64,000 nt of DNA from an uncultured SAR86 cluster bacterium (GCA_902547695.1 CACCOR010000008.1:3395-67394); one strand, 5' to 3'. Counted from the first letter of the stretch, positions 1 to 13,687 are shown. A program made the numbers and translations. The notes: generated by a model from the letters alone, not told the origin.

Positions 1-1
1 T

Positions 2-730
2 GATATATGGGTACAAAAAAGACTAGAATGGTGGAAAAACCAAGGTGTACCCACAGAAAGTATTGAGCTTTACAATGTACCCACTGAAGAACTAGCTCAT
101 TATTCTAAAAAAACTATTGATTTAATGTATAAATTTCCTCATGGCCTTGAAGAGCTTGAAGGTATTGCAAACAGAACTGATTTTGATTTAGGTTCACACT
201 CTAAGAAACAAAATGAATTGAGTATAGGGTCATCTGTAAAGGAAAATAAACACTCAAATAGTAAAATGGCTGTACAAGATGACTCTGGTAAATGGGTTGT
301 GCCATTTGTAATAGAACCATCAGCAGGTGTAGAAAGAGGCTTTCTAGCAATATTAAATGAAGCTTATTTTGTTGAGGAACTAGAAAATGATAAAACTAGG
401 GTTGTCTTAAGACTAAAACCGCATTTATCACCAATAAAGGCAGCTGTTATACCTTTAAAGAAAAATAATACAGAGTTAGTTGAAGCTGCAAAAAATATAA
501 AGAATGAGCTTCAAAAAATTGGTTTAGGAAGGGTTATATTTGAAAATACTGGAAATATTGGTAAAAGCTACCGGAAACATGATGAAATTGGAACACCAGT
601 ATGTATTACAGTTGACTTTCAAACACTAGAAGATGACTCAGTTACCATAAGAGACAGAGACACAATGGAGCAAAAAAGATTAGGTATTGATGATCTTAAC
701 AATTATTTAATAAATTTAATAAATCACTGA
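2..730 (+). CDS. glyQS: glycine--tRNA ligase, homodimeric (alpha2, GlyQS-type); C-terminal part, 5' end outside the window
   Basis: The frame is open from base 2 with no stop before the first ATG at 125, so the listed 201-aa ORF is the tail of a longer protein. VIEPSAGVERG, RLKPHLSPIKAAVIPL, GNIGKSYRKHDEIGTP and TIRDRDTMEQ match the catalytic-core end and anticodon-binding domain of dimeric class II GlyRS. Confidence 0.85.
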   Translation, partial: DIWVQKRLEWWKNQGVPTESIELYNVPTEELAHYSKKTIDLMYKFPHGLEELEGIANRTDFDLGSHSKKQNELSIGSSVKENKHSNSKMAVQDDSGKWVVPFVIEPSAGVERGFLAILNEAYFVEELENDKTRVVLRLKPHLSPIKAAVIPLKKNNTELVEAAKNIKNELQKIGLGRVIFENTGNIGKSYRKHDEIGTPVCITVDFQTLEDDSVTIRDRDTMEQKRLGIDDLNNYLINLINH

Positions 731-732
731 TA

Positions 733-4434
<3,702 letters not shown>

Positions 4435-4436
4435 TT

Positions 4437-5540
4437 TTAGATAAGAAGTGGCATTACGACATATTTAAGATTTTCAGAATTAGGATCTGTTATTAAGCAG
4501 CTTTTTTCTGAACCAAAAAAATTGATTTCTATTTTTTCGGAATCAATAGTAGATAATATTTCTTGTAAATAATTAACATTAAAAGCTATATCAATATCTT
4601 CACCCTGATATTCACATGAAAGATTTTCTTCACCCTGTTCCTTCTCAGGATTATTAGCAGATATGTTTAAAGAATTTTTTTTAGTAATTATTCTCACTCC
4701 CTTATATTTTTCACTTGATAGAACACTAACTCTGCTTAGGCTTTCTGAAAGATTTTTTCTATCAACAACTAAAAGTGAGCTTTCACCAGATGGAATTACT
4801 TGTTCATAGTCTGGAAACTTACCTTCAATTAATTTACTAACAAAAGTAGTGCCTGAAACATTTGCTGCAATTGAGGTTTGGCCAAGTTGTATCACAACAT
4901 TTTCAGATTCGTCTCCAACAAGTTTACCAATTTCATTAATAGATTTTCTTGGAACAATTCCACTTGTTGATTCAGACGAAGCTTCGTTGAGTGATGAAGT
5001 TGCCATGGCAAGTCTATGAGCATCAGTTGCTACTGTGGTAATAACTTTGTCATCTATCATCATAAAAAGACCGTTTAAGTAATGACGCCAATCCTGATTA
5101 CCCATCGCAAAAGATGTTTTAGTTATTAAATTTTTTAGATTTTGAGATGAAATATTAATTTGGGATTGAGCGTCCTCTGTTTCGAAAACAGGAAAATCTT
5201 CGCTAGGAAGAGTTGAGAGATTATACTTACCAGACTCGGTCTCTATTTTTAAATTATCTCCATCAAGAAAAAAGTGAATTTCAGCCAGATCTGGCATAAG
5301 CCTGCACAGGTCACTTAATTTTCTTGCCGGAGCTGTGATTTTTCCTCCACTCTTGAAATTTGATATTGTTGAGGTTGTAGATATTTCACTCTCTAAGTCA
5401 GTGGCAGTAAGTTTTAGCGATGATTCATCAACTTCAAATAAAACATTTGATAAAATAGGCAACGTTTGTCTCTTTTCTACAACCCCGAGTGTTAGATTTA
5501 GTGATTTAACAACCTCTTCTTTGGTTATATAGAAATCCAT
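4437..5540 (-). CDS. dnaN: DNA polymerase III subunit beta (sliding clamp)
   Basis: 367 aa. LPILSNVLFEV, ATDAHRLA and YLLMP-like end (KYVVMPLLI). Its start overlaps the dnaA stop by 1 nt. Confidence 0.92.
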   Translation of the reverse strand: MDFYITKEEVVKSLNLTLGVVEKRQTLPILSNVLFEVDESSLKLTATDLESEISTTSTISNFKSGGKITAPARKLSDLCRLMPDLAEIHFFLDGDNLKIETESGKYNLSTLPSEDFPVFETEDAQSQINISSQNLKNLITKTSFAMGNQDWRHYLNGLFMMIDDKVITTVATDAHRLAMATSSLNEASSESTSGIVPRKSINEIGKLVGDESENVVIQLGQTSIAANVSGTTFVSKLIEGKFPDYEQVIPSGESSLLVVDRKNLSESLSRVSVLSSEKYKGVRIITKKNSLNISANNPEKEQGEENLSCEYQGEDIDIAFNVNYLQEILSTIDSEKIEINFFGSEKSCLITDPNSENLKYVVMPLLI

Positions 5541-6832
5541 TAGTTGGTTAAGGCTCTGTTTAAATTTCTGTAGTCCTCTTCATGTGAGGGGCTTTCTTTT
5601 CTTAATTCTTTGATTTTTTTACAAGCATGGAGAACAGTTGTATGGTCTCTTCCATTATATGCCTCTCCAATTTCTGGAAGGCTGTGGTTTGTAAGTTCTT
5701 TTGTTAGTGCCATTGCCATTTGTCTCGGTCTGGTTATAGATCTGCTTCTTCTTTTTGAAAGAAGGTCTGAAAGTTTAATGTTGTAGTATTCTGCAACTGT
5801 TTTTTGTATGTTTTCTACGCTTATCATTTTTGCGGAGATTACAAATAGATCTTTAAGCGCATCTTTCACGAGAGCAAGGTCAACCTCTTGATTTGTAAAT
5901 CTAGCATTTGCAACAACCCTCTTTAGTGCTCCCTCAAGCTCCCTGATGTTAGATCTTATTCTTTGAGCAATGTATATTGCACAATCGTTAGGAAGAGAAA
6001 TACCCATTGAGTTTGCCTTGCTTAGTAAAACCGCTGCTCTTGTTTCGAGCTCAGGCGGATCAATAACAACAGGCAGACCCCAACCAAGTCTTGATTTTAG
6101 CCTTTCTTCCAAGCCATCGATCTCTTTTGGGTATTTATCACATGTTAATATCATTTGATTATTTCTATCCAACAAAGCATTAAAAGTATGAAAAAACTCC
6201 TCTTGAGACTGCTCCTTGCCAGCAAAGAACTGAATGTCGTCAATCAAAAGAGCATCGGCGTTTCTATAAAATGATTTGAACTCGTTCATTGCACCCAATT
6301 GAAGTGCCTTCACCATATCAGACACAAATTTCTCTGAATGAACATAAACAATCCTTTTTTTTGGTTCGTTTTTTAGAATCTCATTACCAACAGCGTGCAT
6401 TAGATGTGTTTTTCCCAAGCCAACACCGCCATAAATAAAAAGCGGGTTATAGTCTCCTTTAGGATTGGCTGCTACTTGTTTAGCTGCGGCTAAAGCAAGG
6501 TGATTTGACTTTCCTTCAACAAAACTATCAAAAGTATATCCGTCAACTAGTTTTATTTCTGAGTTTTGGTTGTTTTTATATTTATCAATAAAGGTTTCTT
6601 TTGTGAGGGTTTTAAATACAAGATTAATGTTTGACTTTGACTGCGTTTTAACAATTTTTTTGATTTCCTTGGAATAGTTTTTTTCTATGTAGTCTAAAAT
6701 AAAGTCGTTAGGTGCAACAAGCTCCAGGGTGTTTTTATCTATTTTTGCCTTTAGGGGCCTTATCCAGGTGTTGAAATCTTCTTGAGAAAGGGTATTTTCA
6801 AGCTTTTCAGAACACTTATTCCAAAGTTCCAA
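5540..6832 (-). CDS. dnaA: chromosomal replication initiator protein DnaA
   Basis: 430 aa. [19 protein letters not shown] (Walker A), [17 protein letters not shown], and a domain IV DNA-binding helix ([14 protein letters not shown]). Confidence 0.95.
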   Translation of the reverse strand: MELWNKCSEKLENTLSQEDFNTWIRPLKAKIDKNTLELVAPNDFILDYIEKNYSKEIKKIVKTQSKSNINLVFKTLTKETFIDKYKNNQNSEIKLVDGYTFDSFVEGKSNHLALAAAKQVAANPKGDYNPLFIYGGVGLGKTHLMHAVGNEILKNEPKKRIVYVHSEKFVSDMVKALQLGAMNEFKSFYRNADALLIDDIQFFAGKEQSQEEFFHTFNALLDRNNQMILTCDKYPKEIDGLEERLKSRLGWGLPVVIDPPELETRAAVLLSKANSMGISLPNDCAIYIAQRIRSNIRELEGALKRVVANARFTNQEVDLALVKDALKDLFVISAKMISVENIQKTVAEYYNIKLSDLLSKRRSRSITRPRQMAMALTKELTNHSLPEIGEAYNGRDHTTVLHACKKIKELRKESPSHEEDYRNLNRALTN

Positions 6833-6906
6833 TTATTATCTCCTATTAGATTCATAGTCTATTAAAAAATCCACAAGATATCTACAGAATAAATATAGGA
6901 ATTTGT

Positions 6907-6915
6907 TGTGGATAA
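6907..6915 (-). promoter_or_regulatory. consensus DnaA box (TGTGGATAA, the reverse complement of TTATCCACA)
   Basis: Perfect 9/9 match in the 175-bp dnaA/rpmH divergent spacer. Three further 7/9 matches lie at 6867-6875, 6878-6886 and 6981-6989. Confidence 0.7.
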
Positions 6916-7007
6916 CTTGTATATAAAAAAATTATGTTTTATAACAGTTTTTATGGTTTTAAAAACTTATTGCGCTATAATTCTCAACACTTTTAGCAAT
7001 ACATATT

Positions 7008-7142
7008 ATGAAGAGAACTTTTCAACCAAGCAACTTAAAAAGAAAAAGAACCCATGGTTTTCGTGCAAGAATGTCAACCAAGGCTGGAAGAGCTGTTTTA
7101 TCCAACAGAAGAAAAAAGGGTAGAAAGGTTCTTAGCGCTTAA
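7008..7142 (+). CDS. rpmH: 50S ribosomal protein L34
   Basis: Not in the ORF track because it is under 60 aa. Hand translation gives [44 protein letters not shown] (44 aa), the canonical L34 sequence. Confidence 0.95.
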   Translation: MKRTFQPSNLKRKRTHGFRARMSTKAGRAVLSNRRKKGRKVLSA

Positions 7143-7143
7143 T

Positions 7144-7458
7144 TTGTCTAATTCCAACCAACAGTTTGCCTCTTTTGAGTGCCTATATTCCTGTAAGTTT
7201 TTTAGAATATTCTATAAGCAATCAAAAAATAGTGGGTTTGAGATATCAATCTCGAAAAAGTTTTTTAGGCTTGCGGTCGAAAGAAATAAAACAAAAAGAA
7301 GGATCAAAGAAATTTTCAGAAAATTACCAATAGAGATGCCTGATGGAATTTTGGTTTTTTCTGTATTTAGGCCTTTTGGGGAGTTATCATATGAAGAGGC
7401 GGTAATGGAGATCTCTTCAGCCGCAAAATCTGTTGCTGATAATATGGATAAAAAATGA
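7144..7458 (+). CDS. rnpA: ribonuclease P protein component
   Basis: The KKFFRLAVERNKTKRRIKEIFR block is the RNase P protein RNR motif. The tracked ATG at 7054 lies inside rpmH, and the only start-like codon after the rpmH stop is TTG at 7144. Start position is uncertain. Confidence 0.75.
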   Translation: MSNSNQQFASFECLYSCKFFRIFYKQSKNSGFEISISKKFFRLAVERNKTKRRIKEIFRKLPIEMPDGILVFSVFRPFGELSYEEAVMEISSAAKSVADNMDKK

Positions 7459-8981
7459 ATGTAAGAAGTTTGTATTTAGCTCTGATTGTTTTTCTTTCTT
7501 TAGCTTTGTTATATGAGTGGAATTCAGAACAAAAAACAAAATCAATTAAACAACACCTTGATATGGTTGGGTCGTCCTCTTATAGGGATGACAGCAGGTT
7601 TGTTTCAATTGAAAACGATGAGCTGTCATTGGTTGTTTCTATATCTAGTGGTTCTATTGTTGAGGCGAGGTTAAAAAAATATCCTGTTGAAAATGTAAAT
7701 GGTTCTTTGGGGTTTAGGGTGTTTGGGTCTTCTGAGTCTTCGGCGTTTCAATATTATTTTAAGAGTGGGTTTACCGGTATCGCACCAGTTTATGAGGTTT
7801 CAGAGCAGGGCAATGATTTTGTCGTTTTGTTAGATCCAGAGCTTGGTGTGTCTAAGAGGATATCTTTTTCTGATGCTAGTTATGAAGTAAGTGTTTATGA
7901 TTCAACAGTTGGTGGAATTAATGGTAAGTCGTTTGCAGGCTTGTATCGTTCTGAAGGAAGGGCTCTTGACTTAAAAAGGGGTGCTCTTGAGGGTGGAATG
8001 ATGAACAACAGCTCCTATGAGGGTGTTGCGATAAGCACGGAATTTGATCCTTATTCTACATCGAGGCTAAAATCGGTTGATGAGCCCCTTGAGGTTTTAT
8101 CAAAGTCTGGCTGGGTTGCTTTTATTCAAAAATATTTCTTTGCGGCCATTATTGGTTCGGATGAATATATTTATAATTATTACGTTCTTCCAAAGGAGTC
8201 TGGGTTCTACAGAATGGGCTATACGGTAGAGGGTTCGTCAACAAGCAACTTGGTTTATGGTCATGAGCATAGGTTATTTGTCGGCCCAAAGATTAGAAAA
8301 GATCTTATGGAAAGGGCTGATAATTTAGAGCTAGCAATTGATATGGGTTGGTTTTGGTTTTTAGCACAACCTATGGTGTTTGTAATGGATTTTATTAATG
8401 GTTATGTTAATAGTTGGGGTTTAACAATAATTATATTTACTATATTAATTAAGTTGTTGTTTTGGCCTGTAACAGCCAAAAGCTTTAAGTCGATGGCTGC
8501 GTTAAGAAAAATCACCCCAGAGCTTAATGAGATAAAAGAAAGGTACAAGAATGATCGCCAGGCAGCTGGAACTGAAACAATGAAACTTATGAAAAAACAT
8601 GGGGCAAATCCTCTTGGAGGCTGTTTGCCTTTGTTTATTCAGATGCCGTTTTTTATCGGCTTCTTTTTTGCTCTAAGAGAGATGGTTGAGTTAAGGTATA
8701 GTTCGCTGGGTTTTTGGACAGATCTCTCTGCCCCAGACCCATATTTTGTTTTACCTGCGGCTTTTGGTTTGCTTATGATATTAACACAAAGGCTCAATCC
8801 TCAACCTGCTGGTATGGACCCAACCCAAGCACAGGTTATGAAATATATGCCTGTAATGTTTTCGGTGTTTTTTTTGTTTTTCCCTGCTGCTCTTTGTTTA
8901 TATACTGTTGTAAATACTGGTGTTCAGCTTGGGCAACAAAGCTATCTTTACAAGCAGCAAGGCGCCCTTAATACAGACTAA
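7455..8981 (+). CDS. yidC: membrane protein insertase YidC
   Basis: 508 aa. N-terminal TM helix, large periplasmic domain, and a C-terminal 60-kDa IMP core (WGLTIIIFTILIKLLFWP, GCLPLFIQMPFFIGFF). ATGA overlap with rnpA. Confidence 0.92.
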   Translation: MNVRSLYLALIVFLSLALLYEWNSEQKTKSIKQHLDMVGSSSYRDDSRFVSIENDELSLVVSISSGSIVEARLKKYPVENVNGSLGFRVFGSSESSAFQYYFKSGFTGIAPVYEVSEQGNDFVVLLDPELGVSKRISFSDASYEVSVYDSTVGGINGKSFAGLYRSEGRALDLKRGALEGGMMNNSSYEGVAISTEFDPYSTSRLKSVDEPLEVLSKSGWVAFIQKYFFAAIIGSDEYIYNYYVLPKESGFYRMGYTVEGSSTSNLVYGHEHRLFVGPKIRKDLMERADNLELAIDMGWFWFLAQPMVFVMDFINGYVNSWGLTIIIFTILIKLLFWPVTAKSFKSMAALRKITPELNEIKERYKNDRQAAGTETMKLMKKHGANPLGGCLPLFIQMPFFIGFFFALREMVELRYSSLGFWTDLSAPDPYFVLPAAFGLLMILTQRLNPQPAGMDPTQAQVMKYMPVMFSVFFLFFPAALCLYTVVNTGVQLGQQSYLYKQQGALNTD

Positions 8982-8983
8982 CT

Positions 8984-10297
8984 ATGCATCCTGTTTTTGC
9001 GCTAGCAACGCCGCCTGCCAAGTCAGCCATTTGTATATTTAGGGTTTCGGGTGAGGGATGTCTTGTGGGGCTATCAAAAATTATTAAAAACAAGGATTTT
9101 GAGCCAGGTCGCTTTCATGTCAGGAGTTTTTATAACGGTGATCGGTTGATTGATAAGGCTGGTTTATTGGTTTTTAAGGGTCCAAATAGTTATACAGGTG
9201 AAGATTCTTTTGAGGTTTATGCACACGGAAGCCTTGCTGTGATGTCTTCTTTTGTTACCTTGTTTAAGAATGTTGGTTTTGATGAGGCTGCTGGGGGTGA
9301 GTTTACCAAACGCGCTTTTTTAAATAATAAAATGAGTTTGAATGAGGCCGAGGCTTTGGTTGATTTTATTGACGCTACAGATGATAAGGGGGCTTTGTTG
9401 TCTGGTGGTTCTTTGTTTGGTGGTTTGTCTTCAAACATATCTTCTTTTGCGGATGAAATTGATCAAATTAGGGTACGGGTAGAGGCTGAAATTGATTTTT
9501 CTGATGAGGGTAATGAATATATGGACGGGGGGTTGGTTGATGATTTAGGCAACCTTGTAAATAGGTTTAACTCTTTTATATCTGGTTGTATTAATAAAAG
9601 TATGTTTTCTCAAAAAAATAATGTTCTTTTGGTCGGACCTGTTAACTCGGGTAAGTCTTCTGTGTTTAATAGGCTTCTGGGTTTTGAAAGGGCTATTGTT
9701 TCAAACACCCCTGGAACGACTAGAGATATTATCAGCAGTGAGCTTTTTTACGAGTCTAGTGTGTTTTCCATACAAGACTCTGCTGGTATAAGAGAAACTG
9801 ATAACAAGATTGAGGGTGTGGGTATTGATTTGTCTTTATCACAAATCAAAAGTGCGGATTTGGTAATAGGGGTTTTTGATTTGTTAGATAAGCCTTTAAT
9901 CAAAAATTTTAAGGATTTAGCAAAAAATACATCTTTCATATCTGTTCAAAATAAAACTGATATTAATAAAAAGAACTTTAAATATTTTGACTGTTGTGTT
10001 TCGGCTAAAACCGGTGATGGTTTTGATGATTTAAAAAAATTAATTTTATCTTCTTTTAATAAGGGTGTTAAAAAAGATGATTATAAATTTATGATAAGAG
10101 ATAGGCATAATAAATTGTTTCAGGATGCTGTTAAAAACCTAATCTCTGCTCAAAAAGGTTTAAAGGAGGGTGTATCTTTGGATTTGGTTGCTGAGGACCT
10201 TAGGTTAGCAAGGTCATGTCTTGATGAGCTTGTTGGTGAAAAATTTTCAGATTCATTATTAGGAGATATATTTAGTAGTTATTGTATTGGTAAATAG
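8984..10297 (+). CDS. mnmE: tRNA uridine-5-carboxymethylaminomethyl(34) synthesis GTPase MnmE
   Basis: 437 aa. G domain GPVNSGKSSVFNRL / DSAGIRET and the invariant C-terminal CIGK. Confidence 0.9.
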   Translation: MHPVFALATPPAKSAICIFRVSGEGCLVGLSKIIKNKDFEPGRFHVRSFYNGDRLIDKAGLLVFKGPNSYTGEDSFEVYAHGSLAVMSSFVTLFKNVGFDEAAGGEFTKRAFLNNKMSLNEAEALVDFIDATDDKGALLSGGSLFGGLSSNISSFADEIDQIRVRVEAEIDFSDEGNEYMDGGLVDDLGNLVNRFNSFISGCINKSMFSQKNNVLLVGPVNSGKSSVFNRLLGFERAIVSNTPGTTRDIISSELFYESSVFSIQDSAGIRETDNKIEGVGIDLSLSQIKSADLVIGVFDLLDKPLIKNFKDLAKNTSFISVQNKTDINKKNFKYFDCCVSAKTGDGFDDLKKLILSSFNKGVKKDDYKFMIRDRHNKLFQDAVKNLISAQKGLKEGVSLDLVAEDLRLARSCLDELVGEKFSDSLLGDIFSSYCIGK

Positions 10298-10339
10298 GTT
10301 GTTATTTATTTGTTAATAATTTTGTATTGTTTTTTTTGC

Positions 10340-10352
10340 TAACAACTTGTTA
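10340..10352. promoter_or_regulatory. 13-bp palindrome TAACAA-C-TTGTTA upstream of mnmG; core AACAACTTGTT shared with 14525-14537
   Basis: Read directly from the 211-bp mnmE/mnmG spacer. The 1-nt centre rules out an RNA hairpin, so a dimeric protein binding site is the likelier reading. Confidence 0.35.
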
Positions 10353-10508
10353 AGTATTTGTTACCTGTTTCTAAACAAAGCTTAACCTTTTTTATAAATT
10401 AAACAGTCCTATATAAAGTAAGGGTTTGTAAGAGTTTTTAACAGAAAACAATCAACATAATAGAAATAACAAAAAGTATATAATATAGATATTAAAGTTT
10501 AATTATTA

Positions 10509-12353
10509 ATGAATAAATACGATGTGATAGTTGTTGGAGGTGGTCATGCCGGGGTTGAGGCAGCATACGCTGTTCACAGATTGGGTATGTCATGTGCTCT
10601 TGTCACCTTTGATAAAAAAGCTATAGGCCAGATGTCTTGCAATCCCGCAATTGGAGGTTTGGGTAAATCTCATATAGTCAGAGAGATTGATGCTATGGGT
10701 GGCTTGATGCCAACAGCCACTGATATGTCAGGCATCCAATATAGAACACTTAACACAAGAAAAGGAGATGCGGTTCAGGCTTTAAGGGTTCAGTGTGATA
10801 GAGATCTTTACAAAAAAGCAGTTCAAAAAATACTAAAAAAAACAAATATTGATGTATATGAAGATGAGGTTGAGGATATTTTAATTAAAAACAATAAAGT
10901 AACCGGGGTAATAACAAGCAACCAAAACATATTAGCAAAAAGAACAATCTTAACTACTGGCACATTTTTAAACGGAAAGATGTATGTAGGAAATGAAGTA
11001 ACCAAAGGTGGAAGAATGGGTGACGGAACAGCGATACCACTATCAGAAAAACTTTATTCATTAAAACTACCCATGGGAAGATTAAAAACAGGAACCCCAG
11101 CTAGGATAAAGCTTTCAAGCATTTCAACATCCTGCATGGAAGAGCAACCCGGGGAAAAACCCACGCCGTGGATGTCTTTATACAACAGACCAAAAAAACA
11201 TCAAAAACAACTCTCATGTTTTATAACAAGAACCAACAAAAACACTCACGAAATCATAAAAGAAAACACTCATTTATCAGCCATGTATTCAGGAGACATT
11301 GTGGGAATAGGACCCAGATATTGCCCATCAATTGAGGACAAGGTAAACAGATTTAGCGATAAAGAAAGCCACCAAATATTTATTGAACCCGAAGGCATAA
11401 ACAAAGACTTAATATATCCTAATGGAATATCAACAAGCCTGCCCAGAAGAGCACAAGAAGATTTTATACGCTCCATTAAAGGTCTCGAAGGGGCGACCAT
11501 AACCGAGTTCGGCTATGCTGTAGAGTATGATTTTGTTGACCCAAGAAACCTAAAAACATCACTAGAAACAAAGTTTCTTAATAATTTTTATTTAGCGGGA
11601 CAAATAAACGGAACAACAGGATACGAAGAGGCTGCCGCCCAGGGCTTAATAGCCGGTCTTAATGCCGCGAGATCAATTCAAAAAAAACAACCTATGGTTT
11701 TAAAAAGAAGCGAAGCATATATAGGGGTTTTAATAGACGACCTAACAACACATGGAATTACAGAACCCTACAGAATGTTTACAAGCAGAGCAGAACACAG
11801 GCTTATGCTTTCTCAAAATAACGCAGAACAAAGACTTCTAATAAAAGCGTTTAATGCCGGGCTTGTAGATACTGAAAGAAAAAACAGTTTCACAATCAAA
11901 GAAATGGAATATAAAGAATTCCTAGAAGCAATAAAAAAAATCAAAACAACAAAAATCATAGATAGAAAAAACAAAACACTAACACTAAACGAAAGCAAAA
12001 ATGTCTTTGAGCTTCTAAAGAGAACAGATATTGATACAACAAAAGTTTTTAAACCAAAAAAGAAAGACAGAAACCTTTATAAAAGAGCCGCAACCGAATC
12101 AAAATATATGGGCTATGTTGAAAAACAAAAAAGAGAAATTAAAAAAACACAAAAACAAAACAACAAAAAAATCCCTCAAGGCCTTAAATACAATAATATA
12201 CCCGGACTCTCCAATGAGGTAAAAGAAAAACTAATCAAACACAAACCCGAAACTATAGGGCACGCATCAAAAATTGAAGGCGTAACACCAGCAGCAGTAA
12301 ACCTTATATTGATTCAAATAAAGAAAAAAGAAATTTTAAAACAACATGCCTAA
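10509..12353 (+). CDS. mnmG: tRNA uridine-5-carboxymethylaminomethyl(34) synthesis enzyme MnmG (GidA)
   Basis: 614 aa. [19 protein letters not shown] fold, [36 protein letters not shown]. Confidence 0.95.
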   Translation: MNKYDVIVVGGGHAGVEAAYAVHRLGMSCALVTFDKKAIGQMSCNPAIGGLGKSHIVREIDAMGGLMPTATDMSGIQYRTLNTRKGDAVQALRVQCDRDLYKKAVQKILKKTNIDVYEDEVEDILIKNNKVTGVITSNQNILAKRTILTTGTFLNGKMYVGNEVTKGGRMGDGTAIPLSEKLYSLKLPMGRLKTGTPARIKLSSISTSCMEEQPGEKPTPWMSLYNRPKKHQKQLSCFITRTNKNTHEIIKENTHLSAMYSGDIVGIGPRYCPSIEDKVNRFSDKESHQIFIEPEGINKDLIYPNGISTSLPRRAQEDFIRSIKGLEGATITEFGYAVEYDFVDPRNLKTSLETKFLNNFYLAGQINGTTGYEEAAAQGLIAGLNAARSIQKKQPMVLKRSEAYIGVLIDDLTTHGITEPYRMFTSRAEHRLMLSQNNAEQRLLIKAFNAGLVDTERKNSFTIKEMEYKEFLEAIKKIKTTKIIDRKNKTLTLNESKNVFELLKRTDIDTTKVFKPKKKDRNLYKRAATESKYMGYVEKQKREIKKTQKQNNKKIPQGLKYNNIPGLSNEVKEKLIKHKPETIGHASKIEGVTPAAVNLILIQIKKKEILKQHA

Positions 12354-12933
12354 GGTCTTTTCAGACGAACAAGAAAACAAAATAAAAACATTTATAAACC
12401 TTGCTCTAGACTTTAACAAAACCCACAACATCTTTTCAAGAGAATCCTATGACGAGGTATACGAGAAAGATATTTTAGACTGCAAGCCATTAACTAATCA
12501 TATAAAAAAAAATGAAAGTGTATTAGACCTTGGTTCTGGAGGAGGCTTTCCAGGAATACTATTATCAATAACAAACCCAGAAAACAAAATAAGCTTATTA
12601 GAGAGAAATAACAAGAAGTGTTATTTTTTAAAAAAAGTATCCTACGAACTAAACCTAAAGAATACAAAAATAATTAACAAAACAATCACCAAAAAAAATA
12701 AGCTAGGCAAGTTTGACATCATTACCTCAAGGGCCTTTGCCACTATTGAAAAAACAACAAACCTCACAAAAACCAACACCCACAAAAACACAAAATACCT
12801 TTTGCTTAAAGGAAAAGCATCAAATATAAAAAAGGAGTTAAAAGATATCGACAAAAATATGTTCAGATATGAAATAATCAATCAAGACACGACAAAAGAA
12901 AGAAACATAGTTTTATTATGCAAAGATGAATAA
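12346..12933 (+). CDS. rsmG: 16S rRNA (guanine527-N7)-methyltransferase RsmG (GidB)
   Basis: 195 aa. [17 protein letters not shown] motif. Overlaps mnmG by 8 nt and sits in the conserved position. Confidence 0.85.
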   Translation: MPKVFSDEQENKIKTFINLALDFNKTHNIFSRESYDEVYEKDILDCKPLTNHIKKNESVLDLGSGGGFPGILLSITNPENKISLLERNNKKCYFLKKVSYELNLKNTKIINKTITKKNKLGKFDIITSRAFATIEKTTNLTKTNTHKNTKYLLLKGKASNIKKELKDIDKNMFRYEIINQDTTKERNIVLLCKDE

Positions 12934-13687
12934 AGTAATTGCAATTGCGAACCAAAAAGGAGGGGTTGGCAAAACAACAACAGCAGTTAACCTCGCCGCA
13001 AGCTTGGCCGCAACTAAAAGAAAAGTATTATTAATAGACCTTGACCCACAAGGGAATGCCTCAACCGCGGCAGGCATTAAGGAAAACGCAACCACAAACC
13101 TATACAACCATTACTTTGAAAATACCTCAATAGAAGACTGTGTCTATGAAAGCAGCGATGGCTATAAAATCATACCTGGAGGAGAGGAGCTCATTGCCCT
13201 TGAAATAGCAATAAGAAATGATAACAAGCAGGGTTTCATGTCTAAAAGCTTAGAACCAATTTCTCAAAACTATGACTATACAATTATTGATACACCCCCA
13301 ACCCTAAACCAGCTCACCATCGAAGGTCTGTTTTGTGCCTCTGGAACACTTATCCCACTTCAGTGCGAATATTATTCACTCGAGGGAGTAACAGGGCTTA
13401 TGAATACCATTGAAACAATATCAAACAAAAACATGTCATCAAACAGGATCCTTGGGATAGTAAGAACAATGGTGGATATGAGAAACAACCTTGCAAAAGA
13501 GGTTTCTGATGAGCTTGAAAAACACTTTGAAAGCTTGGTGTTTAACACCCTTATTCCTAGAAATGTAAAACTGGCCGAGGCTCCAAGCCATGGAATATCT
13601 GGTATAAAATATAAACCAGATTCTTATGGAGCAAGAGCATATTTAGCGCTAGCAGGAGAGCTTATTAGAAAGGTGGAGTATGTCTGA
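12926..13687 (+). CDS. parA: chromosome partitioning ATPase ParA (Soj)
   Basis: 253 aa. Deviant Walker A IANQKGGVGKTTTAVNLA and DTPP motif. Overlaps rsmG and parB. Confidence 0.92.
   Translation: MNKVIAIANQKGGVGKTTTAVNLAASLAATKRKVLLIDLDPQGNASTAAGIKENATTNLYNHYFENTSIEDCVYESSDGYKIIPGGEELIALEIAIRNDNKQGFMSKSLEPISQNYDYTIIDTPPTLNQLTIEGLFCASGTLIPLQCEYYSLEGVTGLMNTIETISNKNMSSNRILGIVRTMVDMRNNLAKEVSDELEKHFESLVFNTLIPRNVKLAEAPSHGISGIKYKPDSYGARAYLALAGELIRKVEYV

Noticed and set aside
7054-7143. Tracked ATG start of the rnpA ORF at 7054, and the 71-aa ORF at 6908-7123
   Set aside because: Both overlap the unmistakable rpmH coding sequence (7008-7142) in other frames. The rnpA-specific sequence begins only after the rpmH stop.
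10298-10508. mnmE/mnmG 211-bp AT-rich spacer as oriC, by analogy with the gidA-proximal oriC of enterobacteria
   Set aside because: I found no TTATNCACA-like DnaA box on either strand and no GATC cluster. The local skew polarity is opposite to that expected at an origin. The dnaA/rpmH spacer is the better candidate.
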